This document shows positions 56,132 to 64,000 of a stretch of DNA of 64,000 nt, piece after piece. The notes under the pieces were generated by a model, which worked only from the letters and a program-made list of their open reading frames with translations, searched no databases and had not been told where the DNA came from. The stretch lies in assembly GCA_010093815.1 (NCBI GenBank), contig ML996584.1, one strand, 5' to 3'. Within the stretch, counting starts at the first letter, position 1; each line of letters opens with the position of its first letter. Source of the stretch: Pseudovirgaria hyperparasitica. Its lineage: Eukaryota. A program made the translations under genes and the position numbers.

Positions 56132-57890
56132 ATGACTTTGGCAGACGAGGCAAGGCGGGTCGCCGCAGAGTTTGAGTACTCCAAGGACGATGTTAACAAA
56201 GCTGTCAAGGAGTTTATACGTGAGATGGGTGAGTGCGTGCCGATCCTTTTTGATGTTTCGCTCAAGGCCAGTGGTGTTACCTTCCTAGCACGTTTGCTAA
56301 CAGACACAATCTGCACAGACGAAGGCTTGACGAAGGATGGTACAGAGCTCAGTCAGATCCCTACATATGTCACTGCCGTACCCAATGGCACTGAGAAGGT
56401 CACTTGAGCCCGCTCTATAGCTTTCCTCGTAGGGAGAATTATTAGCTAACATGCTTACATAGGGGCTGTATATGGCCGTCGACCTGGGCGGTACCAACTT
56501 CCGCGTCTGCTCGATTCAGCTGCATGGGAACACGACCTTCTCCCTGACGCAGTCAAAGGTTGCCATACCCAAGGAATTGATGGTAGCCAAGACAGCAAAA
56601 GAGCTCTTCGCCTTCCTCGCCAAGCAGATTGAAAAGTTCCTCCAGACTCATCATGCCGAACACTACCAAGGCTTCGTCCGGCGTCGGAAGACCATATCCA
56701 ACGACGAGGGGTTCAGAGAAGAAGAGGTCTTCAATCTAGGCTTCACCTTCTCCTTTCCTGTCAATCAGATTGGCATCAACAAGGGCCTGCTTATGCGCTG
56801 GACAAAGGGCTTCGACATTAACGACGCAATCGGCAAAGACGTCTGCGCCCTCCTCCAAGACGAAATCGACGCCCTGCACCTCCCCGTCCGCGTAGCTGCT
56901 CTCGTCAACGACACCGTCGGCACCCTCATGGCCCGCTCCTACACCTCCCCCGGCAAAAAGGGCACCCTCCTCGGCGCCATCTTCGGCACCGGCACCAACG
57001 GCGCCTACGTCGAGAAGCTCTCCAAAGTCACCAAGCTGGCCGCCTCCTCCTCCGCCGCCGACGCCTCCACAACCAACACCACCGGCAACATGATCGTCAA
57101 CACCGAATGGGGCTCCTTCGACAACACCCTCAAAGTCCTCCCCAACACCCCCTACGACGCCGCCCTCGACGCCGACTCCAACAACCCAGGCATCCAAATG
57201 TTCGAAAAGCGCGTCTCAGGCATGTTCCTCGGCGAAATCCTGCGCCGCGCCCTCGTCGCCCTGCTCAACAACCCGGCCGTCCCCCTCTTCGCAGACGACA
57301 CCAGCGCCGCAAACGAACTCCACTCCACCACAAACGTCGACGAGTCCTCCCCGCTGTTTACGCGCTGGGGCCTGGACTCGAGCTTTCTGAGCACGGCCCA
57401 TGGCGACGCGAGTCTGGGGCTGCGGATGACGCGCCAGGCGCTCGATCGGGATCTCGCTGTTAGTGCCGCCAGCGAGGAGGATGCTGCGGCCGTTAAGCTG
57501 ATTGCCGCGGCGATTGGCAGGCGTGCCGCCCGGCTTGCTGCCGTTGCGATTGCGGCTGTGGTGCTTAATACCGGTGCGCTGGATGCTGCTGCTGCTGCTG
57601 CTGCTACTGGCCCTCCTACTACTACTACAACTACTACTACCACAACAACTACTACTAGCCAGGAAGAGGAAGCAGGCGACGAAATCGACGTGGGTGTCGA
57701 CGGCAGCCTAGTCGAGTTCTACCCAGGCTTCGAGGAGTATATCCGCGAGGCGTTCCGCGAGATTGACGGGATTGGCGCGGCGGGCGAGCGGAGGATTCGC
57801 ATTGGGATTGCCAAGGATGGGAGTGGGGTGGGCGCGGCGTTGATTGCGCTTGTTGCTGGGCAGGTGGCTGGTGGAGAAGAAGGCGAATGA
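56132..57890 (+). CDS. GLK1: Glucokinase (hexokinase family)
   Basis: Exons 56132-56228, 56319-56398, 56463-57890. Motifs: IPTYVT.VPNGTEKG.Y.AVDLGGTNFRVC, LGFTFSFPV, RWTKGF, LVNDTVGT, GTGTNGAY, NTEWGSFD, FEKRVSGMFLGE, VDGSLVEFYPGF, DGSGVGAAL. Confidence 0.93.
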
Positions 57891-57975
57891 TGATGATGAT
57901 GATGGGGATGATTGAGTTGATTGATTGATTGATTCAGTGATTGATTGATTGATTGATTCATTGATTGATTGATTG
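57887..57975. repeat. (TGA)n and (TTGA)n microsatellites at the glucokinase 3' end
   Basis: Read directly: TGATGATGATGATGATG..., then repeated TTGA units. Confidence 0.9.
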
Positions 57976-58353
57976 AGAGAAGGAGGGAGAGAGGGTTTGA
58001 GAGAGGAGGACCGTGTGGGAAGGGTTTGGGGGGGAGGGGGGATAAGGGGCAAAATCTGATGGTTTGTGTGTGTGTTTACACGTGTGCATTTATGGTGGCA
58101 ATGTGGTGATGATGATGATGAGTTGAGTTGGGGAGGAGCGCGCCTGTACTGCTCGTGTTTGTAAAGAGTTTTTACTTCTTGCATCTATGAAACGAGCGAT
58201 GCCACGCTTCTGCTTCTGCTTCTGCTTCCTTTCCCAAGACGATTCAAGTCGAGTCGAGCCCGACTTCCTCTTCCAGTCCACGGGGGTATATCCACCATCC
58301 ATCCATGCCCTAAATCCCTTCCTCCCCCTTCCACCCATACCCTCACACCACCC

Positions 58354-59367
58354 TCACACACCCTCCCCATCCCCCCTCGCCCCCGCCCACTCCCCCACCC
58401 GCACCCTCCTCCTAACAAGCACCGCCCCACTCGGCCTCAACCTCCGATAATACCCCTCCACAAAGCCCACCTCCTCAAACCCACGCGCGCTATACCACGC
58501 ACGACCCTCGGCATTCGCCTCCCAGACATGCGCCGTGACGGCGGAGACGCCATGTGCGCGGATCGCCCGGGCGAGGACGCAGTGCAGGAGGTGTGTTGCG
58601 ATGCCGTAGGCGCGGTAGCTGGGGAGGAGGACGAGGGTGGAGATGTAGAGGGTTGGGCGGGTGGAGGAGGGAGGGTCTGGTTGGGGTTCGGTGGTGGTGG
58701 TGGATGTGGATGTGGATATGGAGATGGTGTTGCTGGTGGGGTCCGGGGTGGTTTCTGAGGGGTGTGGGTAGATGCGGCAGCGTAGGCCGGCGATGAGGGT
58801 GCTTCCTTGTGGGGGCGTGTCGCGGAGGAGGACGGGTGGTTGTGGTGGTTGCGGGAGGGACTGTTGGGTTGTGGATGTGGGTGTGGATGTGACGCTGGGG
58901 TCCCAGAAGGCGAGCAGGGTGATGTTTGCGGTGACGGGGTCGGAGAGGACTTCGTCGTAGAAGGATTGTGGGTAGGGGATTGGGAGGAGGAGGGCGTTGA
59001 GGCGGCGGAAGGCGGGGACGGAGGAGCTGGTCATGGGGCTGAAGGATACGGGGGGTGGGAGAGCGGGGAGGGGCGGTGTGAGGGCGGCGAGGAAGGGTGA
59101 TGTTGATGTTGATGTGGATGTTGGCGTGAGAGGTCGTGTGGAGGAGGAGGCTGTTGGTGTAGGAGCAGATTCGGTGTTGTTTCGGTCATGGTTCGTTGGC
59201 TGTGTGGTGTGGATTGTGGGTTCGGTGATACTGTCGTTTGTCGGGTTGGGAGGTTGGCGTGGAGCTTTCGTGGACTCGATATGCTTGCCAGGCTGTGTTG
59301 CTAGGGCTTGAGGTGTAGGTGTCGCGACTGGCTTGCGAAGCCATGAGGACAAAGAGCTCTGTGGCAT
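58354..59367 (-). CDS. GNAT acetyltransferase, Naa50/San-like
   Basis: ATG at 59367 (MPQSSLSSWL). Motifs: FRRLNALLLPIPYP.SFY, LYISTLVLLPSYRAYGIATHLL, AHVWEAN..GRAWY..RGF, GYYRRL.P. Contains Thr/Pro-rich insertions. Confidence 0.8.
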   Translation of the reverse strand: MPQSSLSSWLRKPVATPTPQALATQPGKHIESTKAPRQPPNPTNDSITEPTIHTTQPTNHDRNNTESAPTPTASSSTRPLTPTSTSTSTSPFLAALTPPLPALPPPVSFSPMTSSSVPAFRRLNALLLPIPYPQSFYDEVLSDPVTANITLLAFWDPSVTSTPTSTTQQSLPQPPQPPVLLRDTPPQGSTLIAGLRCRIYPHPSETTPDPTSNTISISTSTSTTTTEPQPDPPSSTRPTLYISTLVLLPSYRAYGIATHLLHCVLARAIRAHGVSAVTAHVWEANAEGRAWYSARGFEEVGFVEGYYRRLRPSGAVLVRRRVRVGEWAGARGDGEGV

Positions 59368-59662
59368 CGTGATATTCAAGGGAAGGCTTGTAGTGATAAC
59401 GTCTGGCGGAAATCACTTTCTTGATGAAGCTATATTTTCGTATAGAATGTTGTAAGCATCCTGAGTAGGAGGAGCAGTGTAGCTGCGGCGTTGTCTCTTC
59501 AACAAAAAATCATTGTTGTTTTGGAAAGCTCATGACGCAGATCACTGCTATCCGGATTGAAGAAAGTCGCGCGGCCCAGAAACGCCAAGCCTTCTGACAG
59601 CAACCTTAGTCCTTCTTTTCGCCGTTCCGCAGTCCTCCAAACTGTCCATCACAACCGCAAAC

Positions 59663-60358
59663 ATGGGTCAAACGGGGTCGAAAGAGTCTCCTGCAGCGAA
59701 TCAGCATGTCTTCAAAGCGTAAGTCTCGACGCTGGGCTCAATTGGATTGCGCGTGGGCCTTGAGAGTGATGCCGACGGCTAACCCCCGAGCAGTGAAGGA
59801 CCGGTGAGCTTCAGTAACGAGCTTATGCAGTCGTTGCAAAGCAGCTCCCAAGTATGTCGCCGTGCTCAGCTATCGTACCATATGCTGTAGACTAACCAGC
59901 TGTGACAGTCCGACACGACCCGCGCGAAACAGATCGAACTCCACATCCAGAACCGCGTAGCCGCCGAACTAGAAAAGCTCCAATCGCAAGCATCGTCCGC
60001 CCTCAAGTCTGCACAAGAATCCATCTCGAAAGAAGAGCCCTCGGCCGACTCGTCCTCATCCCTCACCGAGAAGTTGTCCGATGCCGTGACGAGCAAATCC
60101 ACACTCGACGAGAAGGAGCGCCAAAAGAACATGAGCAGCAACACAGTCTCGAAGGAGATCGACCAGTTACGGAAAACGCTTGATGCCCGAAAGAAGCTGG
60201 AGAAGCCCGATGAAGCAGTGGAGAAGACAAAGGAGTCTTTGGTGCATTGCTTAAGGGTCAACGACCGGAGGCCACTGGACTGCTGGCAGGAGGTCGAGGC
60301 CTTCAAGAAAGAGGTGGGAAGACTGGAACGGGATTTTGTCGAGAGGACAGTTCGGTAG
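59663..60358 (+). CDS. MIC19: MICOS subunit Mic19 (DUF1690-type)
   Basis: Exons 59663-59718, 59794-59851, 59909-60358. MGQTGSK myristoylation motif; SDTTRAK..ELHIQ.RVAAELEKL; C-terminal CLRVNDRRPLDCWQEVEAFK (CX10C). Confidence 0.88.
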
Positions 60359-61174
60359 GCACTCGAAGCGTGATTTTTGCTTCCAGGTGTAGTAATAAAT
60401 GTCACTGTGATTTACGTGTCCACTTCAATTTCCTTTCGCATTCTATATAAGAAATTCAGTGCATGAAATACACAAATCAAGCCGTAGGTAGACGGAGAAA
60501 GTCCAAACTGGGAGAAGCAGCTCTTGGCCGCACATTGGTTTTCTGTGTAGTGCATCTTCGTCATTGTACTAATGCGTCTACAGAGGTCCTCAGCTACATA
60601 TCCCGAATGCAGTCTTTTGAAATGCAACACGATAAAGCAGTGGCACATTAATGCACAATTGTGTGTCTGCGTTGTCTGGTTCATGATAATTATTACCTCA
60701 GGCAACCGTCATTGCACAAAGTGAGGTCGTGGTGCGGACGGCGGACGAAGCCCATTGTATTGATTTAAAGCCCTTTATATTTTGTTTAAAAGCTGGGTAA
60801 TCGTCGGTCAGAGGAACAAGAGATACTTTTCTTCGGCCAGGCGGTCGTAGGGGATCGATGAGTGACGAACGTCCAGGTTGGGATCTGCCCTTCGGTATGT
60901 TGTTTCTCAATTAAATTATTTGGACATTTTTGCAAATGTGACTTTTTGCATCCCCGGCCGTCCGCCATTTGTTAACCATGATGGTGAAACATACCATGCC
61001 ACCTACACCCTTGTCTGTTTAGTGAAGTGTTTGAACACTGTCTGTTAACAATGTGGTCATGAGCCATCCCAGTCGACAAGAGGAAGGGTTGCTTATGAAG
61101 CCCACGGGCTCAACTACCTCATCAGAAGCTACTTGACGCTTATAGTTCAATCGACTCAAATACCGCACGTTACG

Positions 61175-62266
61175 ATGGCTTCACAGCTATGGGCGAAGCT
61201 AATACCGGCAAATGCGGCCTTCGAGATTCGAGAATCACCAGGCAAAGGATTCGGCGCATTTGCTACAAAGAAGATCGCCGCTCGATCGTGTATCTTGCGA
61301 GAAAGACCACTCTTTGTCATCGTTATGCCTTGGGAAGTCGTTGGCAATGACAATGTTGTGGACGCATATCGCAGCCTTGGCCCGCAGGAGCAACAGATCT
61401 TTCAGGCTATGATAGCTTACGAAACAGAGAAAAATGGTAGCGAGTTCCGGTTTCCAGAATACGCTACTATGTTGCGCAACAAGTTTTCTCAGCCGCCTTG
61501 CTACGAGGCAATGTGCGTGATCAGCAGCCGCTTGAACCACGCCTGCCTACCGAACGCTGCCTGTCCTATAGACGAAGAGGCAGATTCTGGTGAAAACATC
61601 TCCGTAGCAATGTTTGCTTTACGGGACATTGCTGAGGGTGAGGAAATCACATTCAACTATAATGAAGACTGGGCCTATATGTCAACGCATATTCGTCGGG
61701 CAGCAATGCGATGGGCCTTTGAGTGTAGTTGCCCTGTCTGTCATCCGAACAACCCTCTCCAGCCCATCAGCAATATGCGACGGGCTTTACTACGTGGCCT
61801 TCGTTGCCTAGCTTACGGCGAGGATCTACCACCTTGTGCATACTTGGAGTGCCCCGTCACCCTGAGAGCAATGGGTCCGAGTCCAGGCGGTCGAAATCCG
61901 AGAAACTGGGGAATGTGGTACTCCCTGGCTGGTTACATTGCCGAAGCGGAGGGATTGCCCGAACTCTCGCTAAAGATGTTTGAACGGGGGTTCTTCCATA
62001 TGCAAACAGCTGTCGGGGCAAACCTCCTGGAAGCTCACGAGTGGAGGACTGTAGCTCAATGGGGAGAGAAAAGTCTAGAGATCGGAAGGACTCTACCTCC
62101 TGAATGCCGTTCGCAAGCGAGCTTGGTGGCAACTCAGCTATCAATCATGGAGACGCTATTTTATGATCCGCCTGTCGACAACATTGAACGCTTCGCTGGT
62201 ATGATCCAGGGTGCAAAGCTTGTGGAGGAGACACAAAACGCTATCCGAGACTTTCTCTTTCGCTAG
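61175..62266 (+). CDS. SET-domain lysine methyltransferase-like protein (copy 1)
   Basis: Intronless. Motifs: ESPGKGFGAFATKKI...ILRERPL, SRLNHAC.PNA, ALRDIAEGEEITFNY, post-SET FECSCPVC. Confidence 0.85.
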   Translation: MASQLWAKLIPANAAFEIRESPGKGFGAFATKKIAARSCILRERPLFVIVMPWEVVGNDNVVDAYRSLGPQEQQIFQAMIAYETEKNGSEFRFPEYATMLRNKFSQPPCYEAMCVISSRLNHACLPNAACPIDEEADSGENISVAMFALRDIAEGEEITFNYNEDWAYMSTHIRRAAMRWAFECSCPVCHPNNPLQPISNMRRALLRGLRCLAYGEDLPPCAYLECPVTLRAMGPSPGGRNPRNWGMWYSLAGYIAEAEGLPELSLKMFERGFFHMQTAVGANLLEAHEWRTVAQWGEKSLEIGRTLPPECRSQASLVATQLSIMETLFYDPPVDNIERFAGMIQGAKLVEETQNAIRDFLFR

Positions 62267-62655
62267 GAGCAAGCAAATATTACTATCCATGTCGACCACA
62301 TAAGCCATACCGCTAAAGGAAAGTATTGGGACCGGACTCAGCATCCGGAAATCAGACTGGTAGCACTTGGCTATCGTGATCGCAGGCCTCAACTCAGGAT
62401 ATAGACAAGGGTTCTCAATTTGTGTACACACTATTCCTTTCCAGTCTTCAAGTCCTACCGGATCGAAATGCAACGTGACGTATGTTTTGACCGGTCGAAT
62501 CTCGGACTTTGAAGAGTGTTGACTTTACCACAGCCTTGTGTGTTAACTAGGTAACTGATTGTGCTTGTTCTCCTCTGCAGAATTTTTACACGCCATGACA
62601 TCCACAGTGAGCTGCTCAAATCTCGGCCCTCCGTCCATCATCCCATCTCGAAGTT

Positions 62656-63681
62656 ATGGAGTCGTCAAACATGTTCACGGCACTTTTGCCCCCAGGTACG
62701 CCATTTGAGATACGAGCCTCGCCGGGCAGAAGACTGGGCGTGTTCGCTACGAAAGATATACCTGCAAAGTCATGTATCTTCCGCGAAGAGGCCTTGTTTG
62801 TGATCAAAAGGCCTTTTAACATGATTGGACCAGAAGATGTCGACGCCGCATATCGACAGCTTGACTCTCGTAAACAGGCCCTATTCAAATCCCTGGTTGA
62901 ATACGAACGCCATCAAGAGGGGCAGAAACATTTCTTCCCGCAGGTGGAAGCTTTCAAACGCAACCAGTTCGACGTGTCCGGGCAGATGCATGATTACGAC
63001 CAACCTATTCCACATGCTCAAGGGCTCTTCCTGATTTCATCTCGTCTGAATCACTCTTGTATACCGAATGCTGTATTTCCTCGCATCCAGCCCAAGACAG
63101 GACACGGCTATAGGCCGGCAGTGTTGCTAGCTCTCCGGCCCATAGCCATAGGAGAAGAGATCCTTTTCGACTACGATCCTGCACACGCGTACCTGACTGC
63201 CAAGCAACGTCGAGCAGTACCGTACTGGAAATTCACCTGTACATGCGCTGCATGCGATGACAATTATCCGCAAAGAGTTGAGAGCGACATGAGACGTGCC
63301 TTGTTACGCGGTCTGCACTATCTCATCCACCGAAGAGATGTCCCAGAATGTTCGCGCCTGAAGCCACCAGTCCTTCAGAATGCCACCAGCGGACGCCCGG
63401 ATCCGAATACAATTGCCATGTGGCAGGCCATATCTGGATACATTGCTGAAGCAGAGGGACTAGCTATGCTGGCAATCTATTTCTTCTACGAAGCTCTAAA
63501 GATAATGATCAGCGTTTCCGGGAGCACAGCTGCTAGTAACCGAGGTCTCAAGCTCGCGGTTGTATGGGGTGAAAAGTTTCTGGCGATATCTGAAACGCTT
63601 CACCCTGACGCAGTCGAAGGAGTCGGAGCGGTTGAGCAGCTCATGGCTGTGTTCAAATCGATGATCGATGGGAAGACCTAG
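62656..63681 (+). CDS. SET-domain lysine methyltransferase-like protein (copy 2)
   Basis: Intronless. Motifs: ASPGRRLGVFATKDI, SRLNHSCIPNA, ALRPIAIGEEILFDY, FTCTCAAC. Confidence 0.85.
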   Translation: MESSNMFTALLPPGTPFEIRASPGRRLGVFATKDIPAKSCIFREEALFVIKRPFNMIGPEDVDAAYRQLDSRKQALFKSLVEYERHQEGQKHFFPQVEAFKRNQFDVSGQMHDYDQPIPHAQGLFLISSRLNHSCIPNAVFPRIQPKTGHGYRPAVLLALRPIAIGEEILFDYDPAHAYLTAKQRRAVPYWKFTCTCAACDDNYPQRVESDMRRALLRGLHYLIHRRDVPECSRLKPPVLQNATSGRPDPNTIAMWQAISGYIAEAEGLAMLAIYFFYEALKIMISVSGSTAASNRGLKLAVVWGEKFLAISETLHPDAVEGVGAVEQLMAVFKSMIDGKT

Positions 63682-64000
63682 AAAAACTCTGAGAGATTAC
63701 TAGTTGACAGCCGGATACAAATGTTCTACGCAACCGAGAAGTAGGATAGCGCACAAACTATAGCATATGAAGTAGCAGAGTTAGTGTATGTATGTAGATG
63801 CCAGCTTATTGATCTGTTCATACGCACATGTCTTCCAATGTATCGTGTAAAGCGAAAGAACGCCTTGCATACCCCACGAGAAAGGTAGTCATGCTACAGA
63901 TTGGTGTGCCCCTGACCTGTAAAAGATGCAGTGTCTGCTCTCAGGATAGTGCCGCCACTCGCGCCTGACGCTTATAAGAACGTCTTTGCCTCGTGCTTCT

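Noticed and set aside
62490..62506. tRNA T-loop-like GGTCGAATCTC
   Set aside because: No cloverleaf or D-arm/A-box context.

Overview
Eukaryotic, filamentous-ascomycete genomic DNA: short GT-AG introns with CTRAC/CTAAT branch points. A Dothideomycete source is my inference from protein style only. About 19 protein genes can be spliced by eye. In order: mitochondrial pyruvate carrier MPC2 (truncated at the window edge) head-to-head with complex I subunit B8/NDUFA2; a secreted BBE-like FAD oxidase; an orphan 427-aa gene; an AA5 copper-radical oxidase; a divergent SDR + glutamine-synthetase-like pair; a 64-aa lipidation-motif microprotein missed by the ORF track; an ~11.7 kb gene-poor region ahead of the C2H2 regulator mtfA; an MSC7-like aldehyde dehydrogenase with a 7-nt microexon; pentafunctional ARO1; an SHB17-like phosphatase; RPR2; SUB2/UAP56; an SVL3/PAM1-like gene; glucokinase; an NAA50-like GNAT; MIC19; and two tandem SET-domain genes. 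The strongest leads are: (1) a long-range, multibranch RNA structure filling the 443-nt first intron of SUB2; (2) the SDR/GS-like pair, which resembles the core of the actinobacterial gamma-glutamylation amine-catabolism pathway; (3) a recurrent C-rich to G-rich sense-strand switch at the 3' ends of convergent genes; (4) a 13-site TAATTA cluster upstream of the SVL3-like gene. I recognised no tRNA, rRNA, CRISPR array or intact transposon. All calls are by eye, with no database searches.
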